Below are positions 11,666 to 22,925 of a stretch of 40,937 nt of DNA, piece after piece (position 1 is the first letter of the stretch; every line of letters starts with the position of its first letter). This stretch comes from Chiloscyllium plagiosum. Its lineage: Eukaryota. A model generated the notes under the pieces. It was not told where the DNA came from and did not search any database. It saw only the letters and a program-made list of their open reading frames with translations. The translations under genes were made by a program, and so were the position numbers. The stretch covers positions 25,645,007-25,685,943 of the forward strand of contig NC_057720.1 of assembly GCF_004010195.1 (NCBI RefSeq), written 5' to 3'.

Positions 11666-12060
11666 GGTACAAAATAAGGGACAGGCATCTAAAACTGAGA
11701 TGCAAAGGAATTTTGGAAGGTTTTAAAAATATATTGTAGAGAAGTATTTCGTAGACCAATAGACACAAAGAAAGATTGGGAAACCTACCGAGAAACAAGA
11801 CATGGAAAAAGAGATTCACACAAGTGAAAGATGCATCATGTACTGAGCTAGGCACAAACAGAGACATTGCAATGAAAAAAATGTGCAACTTCAAAAGAAG
11901 AGTTCACTCTGTTAGAAAACTAAAGGTTCCTCCACTTCCTGCTGAACTGTCTCTTTAAATAGATGGCTGCCCAATTCTTCTGGGCGGTATGTCACAGCTA
12001 TTCAGTGAAATTTGATCCCATTGTTCCCACAATGTGGCTTGGCAAATCTATAGTTACTTA

Positions 12061-12369
12061 TGGGTGGCACAGTGGTTAGCACTGCTACCTCAGCTCCAGA
12101 GATCCGGGTTCAATTCCAGCATCAGGCAACTGTCTGTGTGGAGTTTGCACATTCTCCCCGCGTCTGCGTGGGTTTCCTATGGGTGCTCCGGTTTCCTCCC
12201 ACAGTGCAAAAATGTGCAGGCTAGGTGAAGTGGCCATGCTAAATTGCCCATGGTGTTAGGTGAAGGGGTAAATGTAGGGGAATGGGTCTGGGAGGGTTGC
12301 TCTTTGGAGGGTTGGTGTGGACCTGTGGGGCCAAAGGGCCTGTTTCCACACTGTAAGTAATCTAATCTT
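12061..12369 (+). mobile_element. HE1-type tRNA-derived V-SINE
   Basis: A box tggcacagtgg (12065-12075), B box gggttcaattcc (12106-12117), V-domain gtgtggagtttgcacattctcccc...ccggtttcctcccacag, CR1-derived tail ggcctgtttccacactgt followed by (taatc)n. Confidence 0.92.
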
Positions 12370-13229
12370 AACTGTTTTAATTAAATAAACAAATAAATAA
12401 ATGGTTGTGCAATTCATTAATGTTACGCACAATATACAGCTACACTGGTATACGTTTTCACAGTCAATGGGTCAGTCTATGCAACTGAGCTACCTTACTG
12501 CAGCAAAATCTTTGGCCCTAATTTATAGGGAAAGCCCAAGGCTGTTCCACAACTATACTTTAAAGATTTCCCTATAAGGTTTTGTAATACTTGGAAACTA
12601 ACAAGTTTTCTGAAAAGTCAGCCAATTAGGGTTTCTACTATCACTATTCCCTGTGGAATAATTGAATACTTTGCAAACAATTTATTGTCATCAGAATGGT
12701 GGGTAGATTTCTTCCCTGGTGCAAACCAGAAAATGACAACCTCGTGCCAAAATAATGGGGCTTGTTGGTTTTGCTAATTGCCTATTCTGAGCTTTAATGC
12801 ATTTCTTCCATTTCATCCCCGTTTGCTGCTAATTGCCTCATTATATCCATTGACAATCTCTTTTGGAAAGCTATTACTTCCTTTTTCCCATAGAGTAAAT
12901 TTGACAGCTTTAAATTTACTCTTTCAAAATTCACAAACCACCTCAGGCCATTATGGTCACAAAGTATAAGTTCCATGAAGAAACTAACAGAAGGAATAAG
13001 GGAGAACAGTGAGTGCTTCAAATTTACTCAATTAAGACTTTTTCTAATTGTAAGCCCAGGGCATTACTGTATGGATCCTATCATCTACACACTTTGTGAG
13101 AACCTGCAAGATTATACAGCAGCCACTTAATATAATGCTTCCTATTTTATTGTTTTTAAGGCTCAACAGTGAGCCTCACACTATTCAATCACAGTCACAG
13201 TCAAAGTTCAGCTACTGTTACCTTCTAAG

Positions 13230-13380
13230 ATTTTTATTTTTAAAAATTTATTGATTTATGGGAAGTGGGAGTTGCTGGCTGGCTGGCATTTATTGCCCAT
13301 CCCTAGTTGAGGTGGTGGTGGTGAGCGGCCTTCTTTAACCCAGCTGCTGTGGGTTGACCCCCGATGTTATCAGGGAGGGA
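13230..13380 (-). mobile_element. 3' tail of the second LINE family
   Basis: ggcatttattgcccatccct...ggtggtggtgagcggccttc is the reverse complement of the tail at 11575-11630. Confidence 0.75.
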
Positions 13381-13384
13381 TAAC

Positions 13385-13686
13385 AAAAAAAAGACAAGGA
13401 CGCCTGCATTTACATCATGCTTTACATGGCCATTGATGTCCCAAAGCACCATCCAGCCAAGGCTTTAGTAGCATAGTCACTACTGTAATCTAAAAATATG
13501 GCAGCCATTGTGCACACAACTTCCCCTCAATAGCAATGAGATACTGATTCAAAGATTGTATTTGTGTTGTTGACCATGGGATTAATATTAGCTCGGACAC
13601 TAGGGATAACTCTTATTGGAAATACAGGCTTGAAATACTTCATGTTACCCAGGTAGGGCCTCTGATTAATGTCTCATTCAGAAGAT
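13385..13686 (-). mobile_element. SacSINE1-like DeuSINE, old
   Basis: tgcattta...gtcccaaagc...agtcactactgtaat...ggcagcca...agcaatg...ggacactagggataactc...gggcctc...gtctcattc follows the Deu-domain SINE layout as recalled. Confidence 0.7.
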
Positions 13687-14051
13687 AATTGGAAGAATGA
13701 AACCTTGGGTTACATTAAGGTGATGAAAGTATAGTCTAAATAACGTCAGTGGATTTTCCTGTTGGGAGGTCAACTCCCCCTTCTCCACCCTCTTTTAGCA
13801 TTTTGTCCTGTTCCACTTGACCTCTCATTATGCTCCCAGCTATTGTTAATTCCAGAAGGAAAGTTAACAAGGTCACGTATATCTAGGGGGGAGCTTGTTT
13901 CACTATAAAGCTTTAAACTGAGGAAAAAATGATTCAGTAGCAGCCAAGTCATTATCTGTAAGTGCTTTAAAACTTGAGAAAATTTAGAAAAGCTCCAAAA
14001 GTCATACTCTTGCAATAGCAGTCTGACAAAGAATCCAGAAATTTTTATCTG

Positions 14052-14534
14052 TAGAGGTAGTTTTGGGATAGTGTGCGTTTCGGCAGTGCGATTGGGCTAC
14101 AACATTGCTGAAGAATTAGGGAATGGTAATTTGGAGAACGCTTACCTTCGTTTGCAGTAGCGCAATTCCAGCGGGGTTCAGTTTACACACTTCATTCTGT
14201 GCATGTGCCGGTGTGCGCGCCAAAATCTCCACGCTGTTCTGTCCATGCGTCAGTGTATACACCAAAATCTCTGTGCTGTTCTGCACGTGCACTAGTGTGT
14301 GCACCAAAATCTCTGTGCCATTCTGCACGTGCACCGGTGTGCGCATCCAAATCTCTGTGCCATTCTGCGCATGGGTTAGACGTCTGGGTGATGTTTGAGC
14401 AATTGTGAGTGAGACTTTTTGCTGGTCTGCCCTAACCCCACTTTCCCATAGGCCCTTTTATTTCTATTTAGCGATTTTTTTGTTAAACAAGGTTTCACTG
14501 GAACACAACTACGACTATAGAAGAACTACCTGTA
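14052..14534. mobile_element. Tc1/mariner-type (Tigger-like) non-autonomous element with internal tandem repeat
   Basis: Ends tagaggtagttttgggatag (14052-14071) and ctatagaagaactacctgta (14515-14534) are imperfect inverted repeats bounded by TA. Confidence 0.65.
14195..14373. repeat. 42-bp tandem repeat, ~4.3 copies
   Basis: Unit ttctgcacgtgcactagtgtgtgcaccaaaatctctgtgcca; copies start at 14195, 14237, 14279, 14321, 14363. Confidence 0.9.
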
Positions 14535-14674
14535 ATTAGGTTCAGGAGTTTAATGCTGCCCATGCTTTGTTCAGTTGTGTGAGGTTAAGGGCTGATTGCA
14601 ATATGGGGTTAGAAATAGCACTTCTGTTGGCATACCACTAATTTGTATTATAAACAGTTGGTATCTTTCGCACA

Positions 14675-15065
14675 CAAACAGGAGGCAGGATTAGGTCATT
14701 CAGCCTCTGGAGCCTGTTCCGCCATTAAATAGATCATGACTGATTTGATTGTAATCCTTGAATCTACATTCTTGCCTACCCCAGATAATCTTCCATCCCA
14801 ATGTTTAACAACAATTTATTCACCTCAACCAAGGATGGTGCTTCCACCATCTTTTTATAAAGACAGTTCCAAAGACTATTGGTGCCCTGAGAGAAAAAGA
14901 ACATTCCCCTCATTTCTGTTTTAAATGTGCAACCCCTTATCTTTAAATAATGACTGTTGGATCTTGCTTCTTCCATAAGAGGAAACATTCACTCCATGTC
15001 CACCACCCTGTAAGTCCTCTCAATCATTTTCATATCTTTCAATCATTTCACATCTTCACAATCTT
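14675..15065 (-). mobile_element. CR1 3' end
   Basis: Minus ORF MFPLMEEARSNSHYLKIRGCTFKTEMRGMFFFSQ plus CR1 3' UTR. Confidence 0.85.
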
Positions 15066-15957
15066 CGAGACACCAGTGGAGACAAAGTGCCTGGTTGTAT
15101 CATGAGCTGCATTACCAAATGTTAGGATAATGCATAATGATTAAACAACAGGTGTTACAGAGTACAATTTCTTCCCCAGCTTGTCCAAATTCATCTTGGC
15201 CATGCTACAGCATGGCCATTTGAACACTAGTTTTAATTGCAAGTTAATAACCATGTGTAGCTTCGGATCACGAGCATTCTCCAGTAATGGCTTCAGTTTG
15301 GCTAGTGTCACCACTCAATAGCTGCTCATCAAAGACACTCTATCAGAAAAACTTCCTCTGAATCAAACTAATCTGAAATTAGCTGCCCTTGCATCAGGAC
15401 ATTGTTTTGAATACAGATTATTCTTTCATTAACATTGCACAAACCCCCTTTCTAAATTTTACACCCAAATGTCCTTCTAAACTGCCAAGTCTTGCAGCTT
15501 GAAGCTCATCAGCGATAGTTACAGTTTTTTATACATTTGTACCATGGCACTGGACCTCACAGAGCAGAATGATCCTTGACTTGATTTCTCATCTGTGCCA
15601 AATTAGCCAAGTTAAGACTGCTTTGGGAATTTTTATTATGCTGCTGCTTTAAACATTTAATTTTTCAGTAAGTTTTGAAAGAAGAGAGCTTGCATTGTAT
15701 ACAGCTCCTTCCATGATCTCCAGACACCTTTAAGTGTATCACAATCAATTAAGCATGACAATAATATATGAAACATGGCCATGAAAGGGCCCACAAACAT
15801 CAATGTAATGATGAAAATTTGTTCTTAAAGGAGGTACTTGAAGACCAGATTGGACACCACCCCCACTTGTTATTAATATCCCAAACACATTTACAGGCAA
15901 ACCTCCTCAGAGACACAATGAACTGTAGGTTCCAGTTTACCAGTGCTGCATGCTGTA

Positions 15958-16135
15958 TACAGAACAACCTCGATTATCCGAACATCAATTATCAAAACTT
16001 TGGATTATCCGAACAAGAGCTCAAGGTCCTGTAAAAACGCTATCCATCATCCGAACAATCCGTTATCCGAACTCTCAGTTATTCGAGCAAAATACTCCCT
16101 GCCTGTCTTGTTCGGATAATCGAGGTTGTTCTGTA
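15958..16135. mobile_element. Tc1/mariner (pogo/Tigger-like) MITE
   Basis: Perfect 25-bp TIRs cagaacaacctcgattatccgaaca (15960-15984 and 16109-16133) flanked by TA; internal repeats of ttatccgaac. Confidence 0.92.
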
Positions 16136-17045
16136 CTGACCTTGAGTTGGTATCTGCCCTAGACACAGAAATGCAAACAATTGTGAATATCTGGTATGTT
16201 CAATCAGAGATTCCCTCTGTGTTATTGGGCCTTCTCCGTTCAAGATACTTCAGTGGCCATCTTTCTTTTTAAAAGACTATCTCTACCGACAGCTCCACAG
16301 TTATTGCAATCATCTCTGCCATTCCAGGACATCAGTCAGCTGCACCAATGATACAAACTGCCCAATCTTTTAACATGAATGTGCTGCTTGTGAAATGCAA
16401 AGATCCCAGTAAGGCACACATAAGATGTTAACCGGGCTAAAACCTCAATTGGTGGCAGGGTTTAGACTTCTTAATTGGGATGGACTTTTAGTCAGATTTT
16501 GAAACTGCAATCAATATTCCAGATGTGATCTCACCGGGGTCAGATAGAGGAGTGAATTTTATAAAATATCAGCTGCGTGTCAATTTCAGAAAGTTTCACG
16601 AGTCTTGCTCTCTGGGAGCTCTCGCAAATTGTCTCTTGCAATTTTATGCTGCTGTCTTTATTAAGTGTGCTCATATAGTCCTTCACTCATCAGGCGCAGA
16701 GGTACCTGCTGCTATCGGGACCTTGTAGGATTCGCACTGCCAGCAAAATATTTAAAACCCAGCCGTGCATTAAATCAGTTCCTGCCAGATACGAATAGCC
16801 CTTCACAATACATCTGATGGGAGGAAAGTAAAAGATTCTGTGGACAGCTATGTGGCATAGGTGACTCTGTTGGAAATATATACTCACATTGATAGACACA
16901 CTGCTATTTTACATCATTCCCGGTATGATTGACTGTCACAGTAATTGCAGCTACCAGAATTGAGCTACACAGTTTACACATTCTTAATGCTATACCATGT
17001 TAAAACCCCTGTCTAAGGGAGTACTACTCTTACCCTAATGTGCAG

Positions 17046-17223
17046 GAGAAAGTGAGGTCTGCAGATGCTGGAGATCAGAGCTGGAAATGTGTTGCTGGAA
17101 AAGCGCAGCAGGTCAGGCAGCATCCAGGGAACAGGAGAATCGATGTTTCGGGCATAAGCCCGAAACGTCGATTCTCCTGTTCCCTGGATGCTGCCTGACC
17201 TGCTGCGCTTTTCCAGCAACACA
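17046..17223. mobile_element. Young fold-back Penelope-terminal-repeat-derived insertion
   Basis: 16-bp perfect TSD ttaccctaatgtgcag (17030-17045, 17224-17239). 68-bp inverted arms at 17086-17153 and 17158-17225 around loop ATAA, one mismatch. Confidence 0.92.
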
Positions 17224-17444
17224 TTACCCTAATGTGCAGCCTGGCTTAATGTCCTCTTATTGCTCAACGAGGGAGCGTCATATGTTTGGAAAGCCTCAAA
17301 CAGTTGACAACATTCTCTTTTTGTGAACGCCAGAAAAAGGAAAGAGAAAACAGAAAGAGCTGCATTTGACCCAGGAACAAGTATGGGCTGCTTTCCTTAT
17401 AATCAACAACAAATTTACTGTCAGTGAATGATCAGTCACCCAAC

Positions 17445-18742
17445 TCACATCTGTTGGAACCCGAGGTCAGTCAAGTCTTGTCCGGTTTTTTGTGCCTGAT
17501 GCTGCGCTGTCATGGTGAACATGATGTCCCTCCTGCTCAATGTCATCACCTTTCTCCTCGAAGATTGCTGCTGGTCTTTCAGCTCTTCAGCATCCATCAC
17601 ATCCCGATTTTGCTTGCTTCAATGTGTAGGGGACAGCATGCAGGGACGATGCTACATACACTGATTGCAATGTACCATACCACATCGAAGCAAGCCTCTG
17701 AGCCCCATGTTCAGGAGACTTATTTGTCTGCTGCATAATGACCTGAGTGGAAGAATGAGCTGCATTATAACTGCAGGGGCTTCAGCTATGGTTGTAGATT
17801 ATAGCCCTTGCCCTTCCGTAACCATTCTTATAAGGCATACAAACCTTGAAACAAAGCAGGAACATATGAGTTCTCAAAGGTATTGCATCATTATAATTTT
17901 CCAGAGTATATGCCACAGAATTCTAAAATATAGTGTCGATGATCACTGATGGCTTGCTCATTGATGGAGTGGTTGTCTTTTCTGTTGATGAAGCTTAAAA
18001 ATGTGTTGCTGGAAAAGTGCAGCAGGTCAGGCAGCATCCAAGGAGAAGGAGAATGCCTGACCTACTGCGCTTTTCCAGCAACACATTTTCAAGCTCTGAT
18101 CTCCAGCATCTGCAGTCCTCACTTTCTCCTTTTCTGTTGATGAAGCCAACCAAGTTATGATGTGAAGCTCTAAATGTACTGTGTGTCCTGTCTATCACAT
18201 CCTGCACCTGAGGATACTCACTGTGTCGGCAAAACCTACTTGCCCAAGCTGTAGCACAAAACTTGCCGTAGAAAATGAGGTGAAGTCAATTGCAACAGTA
18301 ACAGCTATAGATTGTGTGTTGAGGGTTGTTCAACAAAGATTCCCAATGGTTCCTTGGAAGCAGCCAGTTGCGTTAAAAACTTACTGTAGCTGTCACCTTG
18401 ATCGGCATCAGAATGGGAAGACCATGAACCCTTTCAGGTTGCAGGTCCTCCATCAGATGGTGCAGTTATGTGGCAGTGTCCCAGGATACTGTCTGTCTGT
18501 CTGTAACAGCAATGCACCTCCCTCAACTGCAGGAAATGGCACTGATAATGGTTGACTCTGGGCTTCCTGTACCTCTGTTATATATTGAAAGGAGCTTCAG
18601 CTGTGACCTGTTCATGTGGAGGCTGTTCAGCAGCTGCTTATGTTTACTGTAGGTCCTGGGTTTGCTGGTGCACCTGTTCCTCCTCAATTGCTCTACACCT
18701 TCGTTGCACAGTGATGATGATCTTTGCAGTATGTGGATCCAT
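17445..18742 (-). pseudogene. Decayed PIF/Harbinger transposase (HARBI1-like, DDE_Tnp_4)
   Basis: Ordered minus-strand motifs: KVTATVSF..ATGCFQGTIGNLC; YPQVQDVIDRTH; FINRKDNHSINEQAISDH; WLRKGKGYNLQP; YNAAHSSTQVIMQQT; VCSIVPACCPLH. These match Harbinger IDCTH, NRKGFHSINVQ, GDKGYPL, YNxAHxxTR and ACCxLHN. Multiple stops and frameshifts. Confidence 0.9.
17995..18128 (+). mobile_element. Penelope-terminal-repeat-derived insertion (partly inverted) inside the Harbinger ORF
   Basis: 18-bp TSD cttttctgttgatgaagc (17977-17994, 18129-18146). The inverted 5' portion pairs with the forward portion. Confidence 0.9.
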
Positions 18743-19069
18743 TGATCAGGGAACCAGTGAAGTTATGTAATGAATATCAGAAACAGAATAGGCTTTTAGC
18801 AATGTGAACAGTCAGCATCGCATCACATACAAATCCTGGTTTAGCATAGTCTTCTATACATTAGGACAAGGGGAACTCCAATAAGGAGGGCCATGGAATT
18901 CTTGTGCATGGGCCATTGACATGAGGGACCTTATTCTGAAACACGCAGCACAAACCCTATCACACATGATTGAAGACTGTAAGTACAACAGGGTGGTGGA
19001 AACCTTGCACCCCCACCTACACACCTCTCCAAATCACCCAAGAAAGGCAACATTGCAAATAAGAGAACA

Positions 19070-19245
19070 ACCATAAGTCATTTGTAAAAATAAGTGGAGT
19101 AAAAGTAGGCCATTTGGCCCATTAAATCCATGCTGCTATTCAATGAGATGATGGCCGATCTGATGATCCTCAACATTTTCCTGCCTTACCACATTATACT
19201 TGATTCCTTACTGATTAAAGCTCTGTCTATCTCAGTCTTGAATAT
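19070..19245 (-). mobile_element. CR1 3' tail
   Basis: gtaggccatttggccc...ctgtctatctcagtcttgaatata matches the other minus-strand CR1 tails in the window. Confidence 0.75.
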
Positions 19246-19259
19246 AATGAAAAATGGAA

Positions 19260-19390
19260 AAAAAAGAACTGTGACTGCTGAAAATCAGAAACAAAATCAG
19301 AAACTGCTGGAAAAACCCAGCAGATCTGGAAGCATCTGTGGAGATCAAGCAGAATTAATGTTTCAGGTTAAGTAACCCTTCTTCAAAATT
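19260..19390 (-). mobile_element. Old Penelope terminal-repeat fragment with decayed hammerhead core
   Basis: Minus strand TTGAAGA-A-GGGTT-ACTT-AACCT-GAAACATT followed by CTCCACAGATGCT; homologous to 30721-30840. Confidence 0.7.
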
Positions 19391-20515
19391 CAGATAATTT
19401 CATTGTCTGATTGGATAATGAAATTGGAGAGACTGCTGTTATAACATTGACATGCTTTGATTGTATAGCTGTTGGCAAATTCCGACAGTTCAAGGTGAGA
19501 GGAAATCAGCTCCATACCACTGAGCAGCCAATGAGATCTCAGATTACATTTTGAATCATAACCTGCACAATTGGGGCCTGCAGGCGACAATTGAAGATTG
19601 ATTATGATTACTTCTGTTTCACAGGGATGGCTATCTTTAATTGATAATGACCAGTGATATAGTCAAGATTGCTTGTGACCAGGACTTGTACCCCACACAG
19701 TTGGACACTTCATATGTTTCACATACAGTGTGCTATGGTGACATCTCGACTCAAAACGTTAGCTTGCTTTCTCTACATGGATGCTGCCTGACTAGCTGTG
19801 ATCTCCAGCATTTACTTTATTTTCAGTGCTATGATTATAGATGTCTTCAGACAGTGAAATAAATGCAATGGTATGTTCCTGAGGGGCTGCTTGGTGATCC
19901 CATCCCAGTGCGCATCAAGATGGCAGCATTTCCCATGCCTATATTTGGAATTTGGTGAAGTGAGCCATAGGCTCAGCCTAGTATTCAACAGTGTTAGCAA
20001 CTTGGATAGCAACTTGTTTTGGATAGTAGCAATTTGTTTGAGTATTATGACTTCATTAATCCAGATGACTATCTCACTGCTGACTTTTGTTTGGGGTGAC
20101 AAAACTTTGGAAGGACAGGAAATATGTCAGTCATCAAAGTGTACCCAATTCCTGTCCTGATCTTACAGCCTTTTGTGTTGTTATAAAGCAGGAATAGTGC
20201 TTCTGATGGTTCTCAGCAATGCTACTTCATCAGAAGTTGATGGATGGAAAATTTTCTTGTCTTAGGTGGACAGTGCATGGCATTCTCAATACTGAGTGAA
20301 ATCCAGCTGCTGCTGGTGGCTGGAATGGGTTGCTTCATTCTTGAAAGATTTGTAGATTGAGCTGAACACTAAAATATCATCAAATAAAAATGAATAGGTG
20401 TTAGGCTTTCTTAGTTTGTTTTCTCCTTTTACCCTTGCTGAATCTTTGGCCTTTTTCACATGAAGTATAGAAAACCATCTTCTCACATTTCTAGGCCGGG
20501 TTTGCCGTTTACCTG

Positions 20516-21083
20516 GTGATGGGGTTGCTGCAGCTATGCAGGACATTGGTTAGGCCACTTTTGGAATATTGTGTGCAAATCTGGTCTCCCTTCTATTGGA
20601 AGGATGTTGTGAAACTTGAAAGGGTTCAGAAAAGATTTACAAGGATGTTGCCAGGGCTGGAGGGTTTGAGCTGGAGTGAGAGGCTGGGGCTGTTTTCCCT
20701 GGACCATCGGATGCTGAGGGATGACTTTATAGAGGTTTATAAAATCATGGATAGGGTAAATAGACAAAGTCTTTTCCTGGAGGTGGGGGAATCCAAAACC
20801 AGAGGTCATAGATTTCGGGTGAGAGCGGAAAGAGTTAAAAGGGACCTAAGAGGCAACGTTTTCACACAGAGGATGGTGCACGTATGACAGCCAGAGGAAG
20901 TGTGGAGGCTCATGCAATTACAACATTTAAAAGGGACCTGGATGGGTATATGATTAGGAAGGATTTGGAGGGATATGGGCCAACTGCTAGCAAATGGGAC
21001 TAGATTAATTTAGGATATCTGGTCAGCATGAATGAGTTGGACCAATGGATCTGTTTTCTTGCTGTAAATCTCTCTGACTCTAC
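20516..21083 (+). mobile_element. CR1 3' end
   Basis: ORF 20516-20887 RTLVRPLLEYCVQIWSP...LERVQKRFTRMLPGL...KTRGHRFRV; tail ctctgactcta. Confidence 0.95.
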
Positions 21084-22204
21084 AGTCCGGTTCAGGTATT
21101 GAACGGACCTGTTGACCTGCTCATGTACAGATCGCACTCCTCATCAACACTAAAGCTATGTGACTGCAAACTGAATGCTCTCAACAAACCTCAACCGGCT
21201 CTTAGTTTATTGAGTGAAAAATAGAATTCTGCGTCAGCCTTTGGCAATGTTTGAGCCTCTTATTAGCAGAAGATGATGTATTTCAAAAGCAAAATTCATC
21301 TGAAATATTTAATTAGTTAATCTAAATTAGGTCAAGAGATTAAAATTCAGTTTATTACTCGTTATATAATCAGAGCAACTTTAGGAAAAATAATTTTACA
21401 GGTTTATATTAATAAGAAGAAAAACCACTCAAACTCCATTTTACTGATTCATTTCTGTTGTCCTTAGGCTGAATAGACTCCATCGTATAAGAATCCCTAA
21501 AGGTTCAGACTAATTGTAGGCTCCAAATTTGACAAGAGTGGAAGTGGTCACATAGCTTAGCAACCACCCATAGGGGCAGAGGGAAAAGTGAGGAATGGTT
21601 AATGTAAATCTCTTTGAAGACTGGGCTCTTTAGCTGTGTAAGATGATTTAACAACAGCCTGTCAGTAGGCCTTTCTGGTCCTGTAGTTTGCTTATAGAGT
21701 GGGAAATGATTAATGTGTCTGCGATAGTTCGCTCTCTGGAGCAAATCCATTTCGAGGATTGTGTATTTAGATTTTCAATTTAGGTATAATAATCAAATGG
21801 ATACAACTATTTTTTATCGATATACACGAGTGCTCCAAACACCATTCAATTGCTGTACAATAGACAGTGGAATGTGTTACTGAGGCACATGACAGATATT
21901 CAGCTCCTCATGGATTGTTTAGACCCTTGAAAACTACCGTCTATTTAATTTTCACATAGTTCTGCAACCATTATCAACGATCCCATGTCTCATTTATTTT
22001 AGGGAAAAATTACCTATTTGTGCCAAGTGAGACAACATTTTGTGAACATATAAACATTTGATAGCAGAGGAGGAGAATTTCTGTTTGGCAGAATGTAATG
22101 ATTTCAGAGCTGGTACATTGAAGGGACCCAGCCCGTGGACACCAGAAAATTGTCTCGAAGTTCACCAGGGCGCTCCTGAGCGGACAGATTGGTGACAAAA
22201 ACAC

Positions 22205-22925
22205 CTATACAACATATTCAAGGACAACAGGTACCCAATCAGCACAGTCACCTATTCTTACACAACAAACCTAACAAGAAGACACAACATGCCCAGAGAC
22301 CCTAGACACATTAAAGACATCTCAGAGATGACGACTAGACTACTCTGACCCCTTAGCATCATGGCAGCCCACAAACCTACCATCACACTGAAACAGCTCT
22401 TGATGAACCTAAAGGACCTTGTACCAACAACCAGCAAAACTAACGTCATATACAAAATACCCTGCAAGGACTGTAACAAACATTACATCAGACAGATGGG
22501 CAGGAAACTAGCCACCAGGATACACAAGTACCAACCAGCCACCAAACGACATGACCAACTATCACTAGTATCCTTACACGCAGAGAATTAGGGACATCAG
22601 TTCTGTCCTGGGATAGGCTAAACAAAGACATGCACGGGAATTCCTAGAGGCCTGGCATTCAAACCGGAACTCCATCAACAAACAGGTCGATTTGGACCCC
22701 ATTTACTAACCACTCAGAAAAAGAACCAGAAGTGATATCACCCACCTCAACGGACCAAGACGCATAATTAGAAAGCAGGACAGTACACCAGTGCTTCAAC
22801 AGAGGCTCACTTTTGATGTTACTGAGCATGATGATGAAACATCAGAGAATAAACCTATTAGCTCAGTGAACAAGCTTACAACCTAAAGCACAACCTGAGC
22901 TACAAATCTTTACAAAAATCACAGC
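22205..22925 (+). mobile_element. Penelope-like element 3' fragment (same family as 8049-9392)
   Basis: NVIYKIPCKDCNKHYIRQMGRKLATRIHKY (GIY-YIG). Terminal repeat with decayed hammerhead near 22806-22846, ending ctgagctacaaatc. Confidence 0.9.

Larger units (their letters stand above)
2..12058 (+). pseudogene. Candidate long decayed reading frame of unknown family, broken up by TE insertions. Segments approx. 2-1130, 2117-3650, 4600-5500, 6240-8048, 9401-9450, 9723-10220, 11673-12058
   Basis: Manual translation gives stop-poor, protein-like frames. 9723-10220: 166 codons, 4 stops (DSEQRDFEVLHFNKDEKQIQ...EILFAEDYRGFINERDKIQSNYDLLKKILK). 3305-3650: ~115 codons, 3 stops (LHKEQICFDELVANFAQGYVLQEK*HWNLF*CLCIQALMQLQVAQHLLL). 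6519-7133: 205 codons, 6 stops. 7802-8048 continues in frame at 9401 once the Penelope insertion and one TSD copy are removed. Protein family not recognised. Confidence 0.55.

Noticed and set aside
12061..12125. tRNA gene
   Set aside because: The A and B boxes belong to the SINE head; the sequence continues into the V-domain and CR1 tail.
12523..12577. 11-bp inverted repeat ttatagggaaa/tttccctataa
   Set aside because: Too short; no element boundaries or TSD could be defined. Possibly an old MITE remnant.
19860..20500. Possible old minus-strand LINE fragments
   Set aside because: Too degraded to show diagnostic motifs with confidence.
21450..21510. Possible exon after ttgtccttag
   Set aside because: No convincing donor site, an early stop, and no recognisable peptide.
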